Assembly: GCA_902624885.1 (NCBI GenBank)
Contig: CACNZU010000003.1
Location: forward strand, 10,142-74,141
Direction: 5' to 3'
Source of the DNA: an uncultured Pelagibacteraceae bacterium
GTDB taxonomy: Bacteria; Pseudomonadota; Alphaproteobacteria; Pelagibacterales; Pelagibacteraceae
Length of the DNA: 64,000 nt
Below the pieces are notes generated by a model. It saw only the letters and a program-made list of their open reading frames with translations, had not been told where the DNA came from and made no database searches. Position numbers and translations under genes: made by a program. Below, piece by piece: positions 24,400 to 35,500 of this stretch; positions within the stretch are counted from its first letter, which is position 1; every line of letters begins with the position of its first letter.

Positions 24400-25329
24400 C
24401 TAGTGCTTTGTTAATTGAACAAAAACATCCTCTAAGTCGCCGTCGTCCGTAGAAATATCCTCAATTTTTAAGTTGTTTTGATTAAAATAATCAATTATTT
24501 CACCAAAATTTAATGAATTTTTTTCATATGTTGCAGTGATTTGTTTTTTTGAAATGATCTTAAACTTAATTCCTTCCATATAAAGGGGAAGATTTAAATC
24601 AACAAGTCGAACTTTAAAATTAATTTTTTTAGTTTTAATTCTATCTAAGAGTTTTTCTGTTGTATCTAAAGCGACCAAATTACCTTTATCAATGATAGCT
24701 ATACGATCACACATTTCCTGTGCTTCTAAGAGATAGTGCGTAGTTAAGATTATTGTTACACCCTCCTTATTAAGTTTTTTAACATTATTCCAAAGGTTAT
24801 TTCTAAGCTCTACATCTACTCCTGCAGTTGGCTCATCTAAAATTAAAATAGGAGGCTGATGAACCATTGCTTTTGCAATTAAAAGTCTCCTTTTCATACC
24901 ACCAGACAAACTTCTTGAATACGCGTTAGCTTTACCCTCCAAGGAAACCATTTTTAGTATTAGTTCTGTGATTCTTTCTGTTTTAGCTACACCATAAAGC
25001 CCAGCTTGCAGTTCCAATAATTGCTTTGGACTAAAAAAAGCATCTAGATTTACCTCTTGAGGAACTATTCCAATAGAGGCTTTAACTTGTCTTGGGTTTT
25101 TATCAAGATCAAAACCCCAAACATTAACAAGCCCAGATGTTTTAGATACCGTTCCGCCTAAAATACTTAAAAAAGTTGTTTTACCAGCACCATTTGGTCC
25201 AAGTAGCCCAAATACTTCACCTTCTTTAACTTCAAAAGTTAAATCTGTAATAGCTTTAATTTCCTTTTTTGTTTTGGAGTTCGAATAGATTTTGTTAAGA
25301 TTTTCAACAGTTAATGCATTATTTGACAT
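24400..25329 (-). CDS. ABC transporter ATP-binding protein (YadG-like)
   Basis: GPNGAGKTT, LSGGMKRR and LDEPTAGVD motifs. Confidence 0.9.
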   Translation of the reverse strand: MSNNALTVENLNKIYSNSKTKKEIKAITDLTFEVKEGEVFGLLGPNGAGKTTFLSILGGTVSKTSGLVNVWGFDLDKNPRQVKASIGIVPQEVNLDAFFSPKQLLELQAGLYGVAKTERITELILKMVSLEGKANAYSRSLSGGMKRRLLIAKAMVHQPPILILDEPTAGVDVELRNNLWNNVKKLNKEGVTIILTTHYLLEAQEMCDRIAIIDKGNLVALDTTEKLLDRIKTKKINFKVRLVDLNLPLYMEGIKFKIISKKQITATYEKNSLNFGEIIDYFNQNNLKIEDISTDDGDLEDVFVQLTKH

Positions 25330-25371
25330 AATTTTTTAATCTAAGTAAATAATTCAATGTAATATGTATAT

Positions 25372-28137
25372 ATGAGTTCAATAAAAAAAACAGATCATTT
25401 TTATCTCATTGATGGATCTGGATACATTTTCAGAGCTTATTATGCTTTGCCGCCTTTATCTAGAAAAAGTGATGGATTACCTACAGGAGCTGTAAGTGGT
25501 TTTTGCTCTATGCTTTTTAAACTTTTAGAGGATGCTAGATCCGATGACTCAAAAAATAAACCAACCCATTTTGCTGTTATATTCGACTCAGCTAGAAAAA
25601 ATTTTAGAAACGAAATTTACAGTGAATATAAAGCGAATAGAGAAGAGGCACCTGACGATTTAGCGCCTCAATTTGAGTATATCAGAAAATCTGTTGAAGC
25701 TTTTAACTTACCGTCTATTGAACTTTTAAATTATGAAGCAGATGATCTCATAGCCACTTATGCAAAAAAAATTACTGAAGCTGGTGCAAAGGTTACCGTG
25801 ATATCGTCGGATAAAGATTTAATGCAGTTAGTATCAAATAAAGTCAGACTATTTGATCCTATGAAAAGTAAAGTTATAGGAGAAAAAGATGTAATTGAAA
25901 AATTTGGAGTTAAACCAAGTCAAGTAATCGACGTGCAATCACTTGCTGGAGATAGTTCAGATAATGTGCCTGGAGTTCCTGGTATTGGAGTTAAAACAGC
26001 AGCAGAACTTATAAATAAATATAAAACCTTAGAAAATTTATTAGAGAAGGCATCAGAAATTCCTCAGAACAAAAGACGGGAAACTCTACTGTCTAACAAA
26101 GATAAAGCTATGATTAGTAAGCAATTAGTAACTTTAAAAAATGATGTTCCACTTAGAAATGATGCTGCCGACTTTATTATTAAAGATATTAACAAAGATA
26201 AACTATACGATTTTTTAAGAGATATGGAATTTAATAGATTGTTGAGCCAGGCAATTAGTTTTTATGGAGAACCTGGAAGCAAAGATTTCAATGAGAAAAA
26301 TCCTGTAAAAAAAAATAATAAGATAAATACTAAGACCTACAAAACTATTTTCAAAGAGAAACAACTGAATGAATTAATAAAAAAATTAAATGAAAAATCA
26401 GTTATAGCAGTTGATACTGAAACCTCATCCTTAAATCCCCAAGAAGCAGATCTTGTTGGCATATCGTTATGTTATGAGGCTAACGAAGCTTTCTATATCC
26501 CGGTAGGTCATACAGAAAAAACGGAATTAAAAAAGGAAATTGTTTTGAAGAAACTTAAACCACTTTTAGAAGATCCAAGCATAAAAAAAGTAGGCCAAAA
26601 TATAAAATATGATTTTATAATATTTAAAAACCACGGCATCGAACTAAGCTCGGTGGAAGACACGATGTTACTTTCGTACACACTAGACGCGGGAAATAAT
26701 AGACATAATATGGATACGTTATCTGAATTACATCTTGGTCATAAAACCATATCTTATAAAGATTTGGTAGGAACTGGAAAAAAACAGTTAAATTTTTCAG
26801 AAGTAGATCTTAAATCAGCCACTGAGTATGCTGCTGAGGATGCAGATGTAACGTTAAGATTATATGAAGTTTTATCTGAGAGAGTATTTAAAGAAAAGTT
26901 AGAAAAAATTTATGAGGAATTTGAAAAACCAATGATAAAAATTCTTTCAAAACTAGAGTCGAGTGGTGTGAAAGTTGATGATGCTTATCTTAAAAAACTT
27001 TCAAAAAAATTTGAGGAAAGATTAATAACTATTGAAAAAGAAATTTATAAAATATCGGGTAAAAAATTTAATATCGGATCGCCAAAACAATTAGGAGAAA
27101 TTATTTATAATGACTTAAAGATAGCAAAATTAAAAAAAACTAAGAAAGGAAGTTTAGCCACGAGCGCTAAAATTTTAGAGGACTTAGCATTAACTGGACA
27201 TAAATTTCCAAATTTAGTTTTAGAATGGCGCCAAGTTTCAAAATTAAAAAGTACTTATACAGATGCTTTGCAAGACCATATAAGTAAAAAAACAAAAAGA
27301 GTGCATACTTCTTTTTTACTAGCTGCAACTAATACCGGTAGGTTAGCTTCAAGTGACCCTAATTTACAAAATATTCCTATAAAGACTTCAGACGGTAAAG
27401 AGATAAGAAAAGCCTTTATAGCAGATAAAAATAATTTATTAATTTCAGCAGATTATAATCAAATAGAAATGAGAATTCTCGCTGATATGGCTGATGTAAA
27501 AGAATTAAAGAAAGCTTTTAAAAATAAACAAGATATACATTCTTTAACAGCGAGCCAGGTTTTTGATGTTCCTATTGCAAAAGTGACAGAAGATTTTAGA
27601 AGAAAAGCTAAGGCAATTAATTTTGGAATTATTTATGGAATTACACAATATGGATTGGCAAAACAAATATCAGTTTCAAATGAAGAGGCTTTAAGTTTCA
27701 TTAATTCATATTTTAAAAAATTTCCTGAAATTAAAGATTATATGAATACGACAATAAAAACTTGCAGAAAGCAAGGCTTTGTTACAAATATTTTTGGAAG
27801 AAGAATTCACTTAAGAGGAATTAACGATAAAAATTTTAGCGTGCGCGCATTCCAAGAAAGAGCAGCAATTAATGCTCCAATACAAGGATCAGCTGCAGAT
27901 ATTATAAGACTAGCAATGATTAAGATTGATAGAATCCTTGAAGAAAAAAAGAAAGCAAAAATGCTTTTACAAATACATGATGAACTTATTTTTGAATGTT
28001 TAAAAAAAGATGAAAGTGAAGTAAAAAAAATTGTTAAAGAAGTTATGACGTCAGTTTCAAGCTCGGACCATCACATGTTTTCAATACCTTTAGAAGTAAG
28101 TATTAACTCTGGAAACAATTGGGGAGAAGCCCATTAA
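25372..28137 (+). CDS. polA: DNA polymerase I
   Basis: 5'-3' exonuclease (LIDGS, EADD), 3'-5' exonuclease (DTET) and polymerase motifs (DYNQIE, AKAINFG, QIHDEL). Confidence 0.99.
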   Translation: MSSIKKTDHFYLIDGSGYIFRAYYALPPLSRKSDGLPTGAVSGFCSMLFKLLEDARSDDSKNKPTHFAVIFDSARKNFRNEIYSEYKANREEAPDDLAPQFEYIRKSVEAFNLPSIELLNYEADDLIATYAKKITEAGAKVTVISSDKDLMQLVSNKVRLFDPMKSKVIGEKDVIEKFGVKPSQVIDVQSLAGDSSDNVPGVPGIGVKTAAELINKYKTLENLLEKASEIPQNKRRETLLSNKDKAMISKQLVTLKNDVPLRNDAADFIIKDINKDKLYDFLRDMEFNRLLSQAISFYGEPGSKDFNEKNPVKKNNKINTKTYKTIFKEKQLNELIKKLNEKSVIAVDTETSSLNPQEADLVGISLCYEANEAFYIPVGHTEKTELKKEIVLKKLKPLLEDPSIKKVGQNIKYDFIIFKNHGIELSSVEDTMLLSYTLDAGNNRHNMDTLSELHLGHKTISYKDLVGTGKKQLNFSEVDLKSATEYAAEDADVTLRLYEVLSERVFKEKLEKIYEEFEKPMIKILSKLESSGVKVDDAYLKKLSKKFEERLITIEKEIYKISGKKFNIGSPKQLGEIIYNDLKIAKLKKTKKGSLATSAKILEDLALTGHKFPNLVLEWRQVSKLKSTYTDALQDHISKKTKRVHTSFLLAATNTGRLASSDPNLQNIPIKTSDGKEIRKAFIADKNNLLISADYNQIEMRILADMADVKELKKAFKNKQDIHSLTASQVFDVPIAKVTEDFRRKAKAINFGIIYGITQYGLAKQISVSNEEALSFINSYFKKFPEIKDYMNTTIKTCRKQGFVTNIFGRRIHLRGINDKNFSVRAFQERAAINAPIQGSAADIIRLAMIKIDRILEEKKKAKMLLQIHDELIFECLKKDESEVKKIVKEVMTSVSSSDHHMFSIPLEVSINSGNNWGEAH

Positions 28138-28176
28138 ACGCCTAAATTTTGACAACATAATTAAGAGAATAAAAAT

Positions 28177-28875
28177 ATGAGTCAAACAATAGCTTTAGTA
28201 GATGACGATAGAAATATACTAACTAGTATAAGTATTGCTTTGGAAAGAGAAGGTTTTAAAGTTCAAACTTATATCGATGGAGAGTCTGCCTTAATAGGAT
28301 TAACTAGAAATCCTCCTGACTTAGCTATTTTGGATATTAAAATGCCAAGGATGGACGGAGAAGAATTATTAAAAAAACTTAAAAAAAAGATGTCAATTCC
28401 AATTATCTTTCTAACATCAAAAGATGATGAAGTTGATGAATTACTTGGTTTGAAGTTGGGTGCTGATGATTTTGTCAAAAAATCTGGAGGTTTTTCTACA
28501 AAAGTTTTAATAGAGAGAATAAGAGTTCAATTAAGGAAAAAAACTAATACTATCGATGACACAAAAAATATAATTAGTCATGGTAAATTAAAATTAGATC
28601 CTGCTCAATTGGAGTGTGAATGGAATGGTAGAGCTTTGCCAGATAAGCTAACCACCACAGAATTTCTAATTGTTAAAGAATTAGCCAAAAGACCAGGAGT
28701 TATAAAGGAAAGAGCACATTTAATGGATATAGCATACAAGGAAAATACAGAAATCGAGGATAGAACTATTGATAGCCACGTAAAGAGAATAAGAAAAAAA
28801 TTTAAAAAGGTAGATGAGAAGTTTTCTGCAATTGAAACCAGATATGGAAGCGGGTATAGATGGAATGTTAGCTAA
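28177..28875 (+). CDS. chvI: OmpR-family response regulator
   Basis: IALVDDDRNILTS and DRTIDSHVKRIRKKF motifs. Confidence 0.92.
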   Translation: MSQTIALVDDDRNILTSISIALEREGFKVQTYIDGESALIGLTRNPPDLAILDIKMPRMDGEELLKKLKKKMSIPIIFLTSKDDEVDELLGLKLGADDFVKKSGGFSTKVLIERIRVQLRKKTNTIDDTKNIISHGKLKLDPAQLECEWNGRALPDKLTTTEFLIVKELAKRPGVIKERAHLMDIAYKENTEIEDRTIDSHVKRIRKKFKKVDEKFSAIETRYGSGYRWNVS

Positions 28876-30395
28876 TGAAACAAAAAAAATCAGCTTCTAT
28901 TCTAAAGAAGTTTTTAATTATTAACCTTACAGTCTTTTCTGTTTTAGGGCTTTTTACAATTATATACCTTGAAGCAATACAGCCAAATCTAGTAAAAGAA
29001 AGATCAGATAATCATAAAATAGTAATAAAAAATACCAAAGATAATCTTGAAAGACTAAATATAGAATACACTAAAGAGGGAATTAGAGATTTTTTACTCT
29101 CTACAAGGTTTTTGTTTCAAAGTCTAGACCGTGTCCAATTTTATGATTTATCAGGAAATCTAATTGGAGACACAAACATTTTAGATTTAGATCAAAGTGT
29201 TTTTACAGGATCAGATATAATTTTCGAGGAAGCTTTGGGTGGCGAAACAATTAAGCCAAATATTGAAGAGAGACTTGAAGAAGAAGAAATAGACGAAATT
29301 AAAGATATTATTACAAATAAATATAATGATGAAATAATGACCGTTACTAACAATAAAAAAAATAATTTTTTTGTAAGCACACTAAGTAAAATTAAATTTC
29401 AAAACGATGATATAGGTTATATTGTAGTCTCAGAGCAAGCGAATGACATCACCAATGCTGTGAAAGAAAGAAAAGCATTTATAATAAGAACTATGATTGC
29501 TGTTGTGATTGTGATTTTAATCTTTTCTCTATTTTTAAATAAATATATTCTTAAGCCAATTGGACTTTTAGTTAAATTTAGTGAAGGAGTTAAAAAAAAA
29601 TCTAATCAAACAATTGATATAAACAAAGTTTTCATCAGAAATGATGAAATTGGTAAACTAACACAGTCAATTGATGAAATGACTAAAGAATTACAACAAC
29701 GAACTAATAAAGCAGAAACATTTTCAAATGATTTAGCTCATGAAATAAGAAATCCACTCGCATCCTTAAAAAGTGCTTCAGAACTTTTAGACAAAACTAC
29801 TGAAAAAAATGAGGGAGAAAAACTTCTTAAAATCATAAATCATGATGTAGAAAGAATAGAAAGATTAATAACAGATTACACACAAATGTTAAAAGACGAA
29901 GCATCTTTATCCCGAGAAAAAATGAGTAAAATTAACTTAGTTGAAATTGTTAATAGTGTAGTAGAAGACTTTAACCAGGATCTTATTAATCAAAATAAAA
30001 AAATTGTTATTAGTGTTATCAACAATATTAAAAGTAAAAATGGTCATTTTATATTCGGTATAAGCAACAGATTAGAGCAAGTAGTCGCTAATTTATTAGA
30101 TAATTCAATTTCGTTTAGCAAAGATAACCAAAAAATTGAGATTGGTCTTGAGGAAACTTCTAGCAATTTATTAATTTCAGTAAAAGACGAGGGACCAGGT
30201 TTTGCTGAAACATCGCCTCAGAAAATTTTTAAGCGTTTTTATAGCAATAGACCTGCGAGTTTCGGGAAACACTCCGGCTTAGGTTTGAATATTGTAAAAA
30301 ATATTGTTCAATTGCATAAAGGTACAGTAGCAGCCTCAAATAGGCTTAATGCTAAAGGAGCACAGGTAGAGGTTTTGCTTCCTAAAGTTTCCTAA
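28875..30395 (+). CDS. chvG: Sensor histidine kinase
   Basis: Two TM segments, HAMP domain, HEIRNPL and RFYSNRP..FGKHSGLGL; coupled to chvI. Confidence 0.88.
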   Translation: MKQKKSASILKKFLIINLTVFSVLGLFTIIYLEAIQPNLVKERSDNHKIVIKNTKDNLERLNIEYTKEGIRDFLLSTRFLFQSLDRVQFYDLSGNLIGDTNILDLDQSVFTGSDIIFEEALGGETIKPNIEERLEEEEIDEIKDIITNKYNDEIMTVTNNKKNNFFVSTLSKIKFQNDDIGYIVVSEQANDITNAVKERKAFIIRTMIAVVIVILIFSLFLNKYILKPIGLLVKFSEGVKKKSNQTIDINKVFIRNDEIGKLTQSIDEMTKELQQRTNKAETFSNDLAHEIRNPLASLKSASELLDKTTEKNEGEKLLKIINHDVERIERLITDYTQMLKDEASLSREKMSKINLVEIVNSVVEDFNQDLINQNKKIVISVINNIKSKNGHFIFGISNRLEQVVANLLDNSISFSKDNQKIEIGLEETSSNLLISVKDEGPGFAETSPQKIFKRFYSNRPASFGKHSGLGLNIVKNIVQLHKGTVAASNRLNAKGAQVEVLLPKVS

Positions 30396-30443
30396 CATTA
30401 TTTCTTGCTAAGGTTTATTTATGTTGATAATAACATCTTCAAT

Positions 30444-31733
30444 ATGGCTCAAGATTATAAAGTAAAAGATATTAACGAAGCAGATTTTGGAAGAAAAGAA
30501 ATTTCTTTAGCAGAAACAGAAATGCCAGGACTTATGGCTCTTCGGAAAGAGTACAAAGGTAAAAAACCTTTAAAGGGTGCAAAAATCTTAGGCTGTCTTC
30601 ATATGACTATACAAACAGCGGTGTTAATTGAAACTTTAGTAGAATTGGGAGCAGAGGTTAGATGGTCTTCTTGTAATATTTTTTCAACACAAGATCATGC
30701 AGCTGCCGCAATAGCCAAAGCGGGCATCCCTGTCTTTGCATGGAAAGGTGAGACAGAAAAGGAATATTGGTGGTGCGTTAAGCAAACAATTGAAGGAAAA
30801 AAAGACTGGAAACCAAATATGATCTTAGACGACGGTGGTGACCTTACTGCATTAATGCATAAAGAATATAAAAATTTATTAAAAGATGTTAAGGGTGTTT
30901 CAGAAGAAACTACAACAGGTGTTTTAGCACTTAAAAAAATGGAGGCTGCTAAAGAGCTACTAATACCTGCAATAAATGTAAACGACTCAGTGACAAAATC
31001 TAAATTCGATAATCTTTATGGTTGTAGAGAAAGTTTAGTAGACGGAATTAAAAGAGCAACTGATGTAATGATGTCAGGTAAAGTAGCTATTGTTGCTGGA
31101 TTCGGTGACGTTGGCAAAGGAAGTGCTGCTTCTTTACGTCAAGCAGGTGCAAGAGTTATGGTAACCGAGACAGACCCGATATGTGCGTTACAAGCCGCTA
31201 TGGAAGGTTACGAAGTTGTTGTTATGGATGAAGCTATCAAAGATGCTGATATTGTTGTTACTGCTACAGGAAATAAAGACATAGTTACAGCTGATCATAT
31301 GAGAGACATGAAAGATAGAGCAATACTTTGCAACATAGGTCACTTTGACAATGAAATTCAAGTTGAGGCATTAAAAAATTACAAATGGGATGAAATAAAA
31401 CCGCAAGTGCACGAAATAGAATTACCTAGTAAAAAAAGGATCATCCTTTTAGCTGAAGGAAGACTGGTAAACTTGGGATGTGCTACAGGGCACCCTAGTT
31501 TTGTTATGAGCGCTTCATTTACAAATCAAGTAATTGCTCAAATTGAACTTTGGAACAACTCGGATAAGTATGAAAAGAAAGTTTATGTACTTCCAAAACA
31601 TCTCGACGAAAAAGTTGCCATGCTTCATTTAGAAAAAGTAGGTGCAAAATTAACTAAAATGTCAAAAGAGCAAGCAGATTATATTAGCGTTAAACCATCA
31701 GGACCATTTAAACCAGATACTTACCGCTACTAA
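30444..31733 (+). CDS. ahcY: S-adenosylhomocysteine hydrolase
   Basis: [21 protein letters not shown] and KSKFDNLYG motifs; ATG at 30444 preferred over the TTG at 30405. Confidence 0.98.
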   Translation: MAQDYKVKDINEADFGRKEISLAETEMPGLMALRKEYKGKKPLKGAKILGCLHMTIQTAVLIETLVELGAEVRWSSCNIFSTQDHAAAAIAKAGIPVFAWKGETEKEYWWCVKQTIEGKKDWKPNMILDDGGDLTALMHKEYKNLLKDVKGVSEETTTGVLALKKMEAAKELLIPAINVNDSVTKSKFDNLYGCRESLVDGIKRATDVMMSGKVAIVAGFGDVGKGSAASLRQAGARVMVTETDPICALQAAMEGYEVVVMDEAIKDADIVVTATGNKDIVTADHMRDMKDRAILCNIGHFDNEIQVEALKNYKWDEIKPQVHEIELPSKKRIILLAEGRLVNLGCATGHPSFVMSASFTNQVIAQIELWNNSDKYEKKVYVLPKHLDEKVAMLHLEKVGAKLTKMSKEQADYISVKPSGPFKPDTYRY

Positions 31734-31743
31734 ACAGTAGCTA

Positions 31744-32193
31744 ATGATTGTAAAATCTTTAGAACATCTCAATTCCTTATCTCAAAAAGTTGCAGACAAG
31801 CTCGATAAGAATGATTGTATTTTTTTAATCGGTGAAATCGGTGTAGGAAAAACCACTTTTACAAGATATTTGATAAATCATCTGCAAGAAAAAAATGGAG
31901 AAAAGATTACAGAAGTACTAAGCCCTACTTTTAACTTACTTTATGAGTATGATTTAAAAACAATTAAGATTATGCACTATGATCTTTACAGAATAAAAGA
32001 TGAAAAAGAATTAAAGCATTTAGGTATTTTTTTAGATAAGAAAGACACTGTTAAGATTATTGAATGGCCTCAACTGATTAATATTCCATTAACTGATAAG
32101 TTAGAAATACATTTGAATTATGTTAAAAATGAAAAAGAGAGAGAGATTAAATTTATAGGCACAGGTAGATGGAATTTTTTAAATGAATTATAA
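31744..32193 (+). CDS. tsaE: tRNA threonylcarbamoyladenosine ATPase
   Basis: GEIGVGKTT, SPTF, HYDLYR and IEW motifs. Confidence 0.95.
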   Translation: MIVKSLEHLNSLSQKVADKLDKNDCIFLIGEIGVGKTTFTRYLINHLQEKNGEKITEVLSPTFNLLYEYDLKTIKIMHYDLYRIKDEKELKHLGIFLDKKDTVKIIEWPQLINIPLTDKLEIHLNYVKNEKEREIKFIGTGRWNFLNEL

Positions 32194-33145
32194 ACTTAAA
32201 AAAATATCAGGAGACGCATCATTTAGAGAATTTTATAGATTACAAAAAGGAAAGAATACATCAATTATAATTCAAGCAAAAAAAGAAAAATTTAACAATT
32301 TAATTACCTATATTGTTGTAAACAAAATTTTAGCAAAAAATAAGATATATGCACCTAAGCTGATCACTAATCACTATGAGCACGATATTATTGAGATTAC
32401 TGATTTGGGACAAAAGTCTTTTTATAATTCAATTATTAAAAAAAAAAATAAATTTAACGACTACAAAGATCTAATTAGGATTATCATAAAACTACAAAAT
32501 ATAAAGTTACAACGAAATTATCGTTTAGGGAAATTCAAAGTTAATTTTCAAAATTATTCAATTAAAAATCTTCATAAAGAATCTGATTTATTTTTTGATT
32601 GGTATTTAAAGTATTGTTTCAAAAGTTCAAAAATAAAAAAAATTAAAGAAATTTTAAAAAATGAATTAACAAAAATATATAAAAAACTTTATTTTAAAAA
32701 CAGTACTTTTGTACACAGAGATTTTCATGCATCGAATATAATGATAAATAATAATAAACTTGGTTTGATTGATAGCCAGGATGCTATAATTGGAAACCCA
32801 TTATATGATGTAGCTTCATTAATTGATGATGTAAGAATAAAATTGCCTTCAAATTTACAAGAAAAATTATTAAATTTTTATTATTACAAATCTAAACTTA
32901 AAAAAGAGGAATACAAAAATTTAAAAAATGATTTTGAAATATTATCTGTTCAAAGAAATTTAAAAATTCTAGGAATATTTGTAAGACTTTTTAAAAGAGA
33001 TGGCAAACCTCATTACTTAAAATATTTACCTTATACTTGGAGTTTAATTGAAAGACGCCTAAAAAATCCTATCTTCAAAAACCTAAACTTATTATTTAAA
33101 AAACATCTAAACATTAAAAAACTTAAAAAAATAAATAATTTATGA
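32183..33145 (+). CDS. amgK: MurNAc/GlcNAc anomeric kinase (APH family)
   Basis: GDASFR, HRDFHASN, IDSQDA and QRNLKILGIF motifs; lies between tsaE and a nucleotidyltransferase. Confidence 0.8.
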   Translation: MNYKLKKISGDASFREFYRLQKGKNTSIIIQAKKEKFNNLITYIVVNKILAKNKIYAPKLITNHYEHDIIEITDLGQKSFYNSIIKKKNKFNDYKDLIRIIIKLQNIKLQRNYRLGKFKVNFQNYSIKNLHKESDLFFDWYLKYCFKSSKIKKIKEILKNELTKIYKKLYFKNSTFVHRDFHASNIMINNNKLGLIDSQDAIIGNPLYDVASLIDDVRIKLPSNLQEKLLNFYYYKSKLKKEEYKNLKNDFEILSVQRNLKILGIFVRLFKRDGKPHYLKYLPYTWSLIERRLKNPIFKNLNLLFKKHLNIKKLKKINNL

Positions 33146-33840
33146 AAATAAAACACGGGATGATATTGACTGCTGGCTTAGGCAAAAGAATGCAACCTCT
33201 TACTAATAAAAAACCAAAACCATTATTGGAAATAGGAGGTAGCACTCTTCTTGAAAGAGCAATTAATCTTTTAATCAATCATGGTGTGGAAGAGATAACT
33301 GTAAATACTCATCATCTTGCTAATCAAATAGAAAAATTTATCTCAGATTTTAAATCTCAAGCTAAAATAAAAATATCAAGTGAAAAAGATTTATTATTGG
33401 ATACTGGTGGTGGAGTGAAAAAAGGAACAAGAGAATTTAACGATAATCCTTTTTTTGTAATTAATCCAGATACACTTTGGAGTAATAAATATTCTGAAGA
33501 AGTTCAATCTTTAGAAAAAGAATATTTCACAAATAAAAGACCCTGTTTATTACTGGTTAAAAAAGCATTATCTTTGGATAATTCTTTCAAAGGTGACTTT
33601 AATTTAAAGAATAGTTTAATTTCTAAAGACGAAAAAAACCAATTTATTTTTACTGGTCTGCAAATAATGAAAAATGATCATTTAGCCTTTTTCAATAAAA
33701 ATATTTTTTCTATGAATGAAGTTTGGAAAAAATTAATAAATGAAAAAAATCTTGGTGGATTGGAAAGTAATCAAAAATTTTATCATTTAAACACCATAGA
33801 AATGTTTGAAAAAATATCTTCTTTAAGTTCTATTGATTAA
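33142..33840 (+). CDS. murU: MurNAc-1-phosphate uridylyltransferase-like nucleotidyltransferase
   Basis: AGLGKRM.PLT..KPKPL and LLDTGGG motifs; coupled to amgK. Confidence 0.78.
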   Translation: MKIKHGMILTAGLGKRMQPLTNKKPKPLLEIGGSTLLERAINLLINHGVEEITVNTHHLANQIEKFISDFKSQAKIKISSEKDLLLDTGGGVKKGTREFNDNPFFVINPDTLWSNKYSEEVQSLEKEYFTNKRPCLLLVKKALSLDNSFKGDFNLKNSLISKDEKNQFIFTGLQIMKNDHLAFFNKNIFSMNEVWKKLINEKNLGGLESNQKFYHLNTIEMFEKISSLSSID

Positions 33841-34549
33841 AAATAATATCTTTTGCCCTACTATCATCTAGATAATAATATTTTTGAATTTTTAATTGGT
33901 TATCAAATTCGATAATAAGTGGATTTCCTGTTGGAATTTCTAGTTCATTAATCTTTGTGTCTGAAATCTTAAAGAGATATTTACACAATGCTCTTAATGA
34001 ATTTCCGTGAGCTGATATCAGAATATTTTTTCCATTTTTCAAATTCTTGTTTATTTCAATGTCATAAAAAGGAATTACTCTTTCGTAAGTGTTCTTCAAG
34101 GATTCTGTCAAAGGAATTTTATTTTTGGGTATTCCACCGTTCAAAGGGCTGAAATTTTCAAGGTAACTACTATCATTAGCCATGAGAGGAGGTGCCACGT
34201 CCCAAGATCTTCTGTATTTTTTAAATTGCTCTTCACCAATTTTTTTTTTTGTTTCCTCCTTATTTAAACCCGTTAACGACCCATAATGTCTTTCATTTAA
34301 TTCCCAGGAGGTATTAAACTTCACGGGTAAATTTAGAGTTTTTAAGATAATTGTGAGAGTTTCAATAGCTCTTCTAAGATAAGAGGTATAACTAGTATCA
34401 ATTTTAATATTCAATTTTTTAATCAACTCACCTGACTTTTTAGCCTCTTCTTTACCTTTCTCTGAAAGATCAACATCTACCCAGCCCGTAAATCTATTTT
34501 CAGCATTCCATGTACTCTGTCCATGTCTTGTTAAGATTAGTTTACTCAT
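33830..34549 (-). CDS. gpmA: 2,3-BPG-dependent phosphoglycerate mutase
   Basis: RHGQS.WN..NRFTGW, NERHYG and AHGNSLR motifs. Confidence 0.97.
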   Translation of the reverse strand: MSKLILTRHGQSTWNAENRFTGWVDVDLSEKGKEEAKKSGELIKKLNIKIDTSYTSYLRRAIETLTIILKTLNLPVKFNTSWELNERHYGSLTGLNKEETKKKIGEEQFKKYRRSWDVAPPLMANDSSYLENFSPLNGGIPKNKIPLTESLKNTYERVIPFYDIEINKNLKNGKNILISAHGNSLRALCKYLFKISDTKINELEIPTGNPLIIEFDNQLKIQKYYYLDDSRAKDIIFNQ

Positions 34550-34589
34550 ATAAGTTAATTAAGTTATTATGTACTATATAAAAATCTAA

Positions 34590-34982
34590 ATGAAAAATAT
34601 TTTCTTCTCTACTTCAAAATATTTATTCTATTTTTCATTTATATTTCTACTAATTCTTTATTTGTTCCCAGGAAGTTTAATTGGTTACTTTTTATACGGT
34701 AATTTGGGAAAACAACCTGATTTTATTTCAAATCCAATAGGAACTTCTATTAATCATTTAATATTTTTTTTCTTTTTAAGTATTCTAGGTTTTATATTTC
34801 GAAATAATCAAAAAAAAATAATTAATAGTTTTTCTTTTTTATTTTTAATTTCAATAATTTTAGAACTGCTACATTATTTTATTCCTAATAGAGCATTTGA
34901 ACTTAACGATTTGTACGCAAATAGTTTAGGTGTGATGTTAGCTTTTTTTATGTTTAAATTTTTTAAAAAACTTCAAAATTAA
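34590..34982 (+). CDS. VanZ-like membrane protein
   Basis: Hydrophobic, with H...E..H..IP.R.FE..D..AN..G pattern. Confidence 0.7.
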   Translation: MKNIFFSTSKYLFYFSFIFLLILYLFPGSLIGYFLYGNLGKQPDFISNPIGTSINHLIFFFFLSILGFIFRNNQKKIINSFSFLFLISIILELLHYFIPNRAFELNDLYANSLGVMLAFFMFKFFKKLQN

Positions 34983-35480
34983 ATGTTTATTCGTATAATA
35001 ATTATACTTTTGGTTTTGCTTTCTAATTCTATAGCGGAAGAAATATCTGGCATCCCAAAGGTCGTTGATGGAGATACAGTGCATATAGATAATTATAAAT
35101 TTAGATTAGAAGGAATAGATGCACCAGAAATGAGACAACAATGCAAAAAAGAGTCCTTTAAAATTTCATTCTTTATTGGCTTTACATTTTATAAAGATTA
35201 TAGCTGTGGGAGAATTTCAAAAGAAAAACTAATAACTAAAATTGATACTACTGAAATAAAATGCATTTCTTCGTCTAAAGATAGATACAAAAGATATATA
35301 GCTACGTGCTATAAAGGAAAAATAAACTTAAATCAGTGGATGGTAAGAAATGGTTTTGCAATAGCATATAGAAGATATTCTAAAACATATGTATCAGATG
35401 AAGAATTCGCAAAAGAAAATAAACTAGGACTATGGAAAGGGAAATTTATGGAGCCAGAAAAATGGAGAAAGCTTAATTAA
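34983..35480 (+). CDS. Thermonuclease (SNase-like)
   Basis: VVDGDT, RLEGIDAPE and DRYKR motifs; signal peptide. Confidence 0.9.
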   Translation: MFIRIIIILLVLLSNSIAEEISGIPKVVDGDTVHIDNYKFRLEGIDAPEMRQQCKKESFKISFFIGFTFYKDYSCGRISKEKLITKIDTTEIKCISSSKDRYKRYIATCYKGKINLNQWMVRNGFAIAYRRYSKTYVSDEEFAKENKLGLWKGKFMEPEKWRKLN

Positions 35481-35500
35481 TTTCTAGTATAAATTACATA

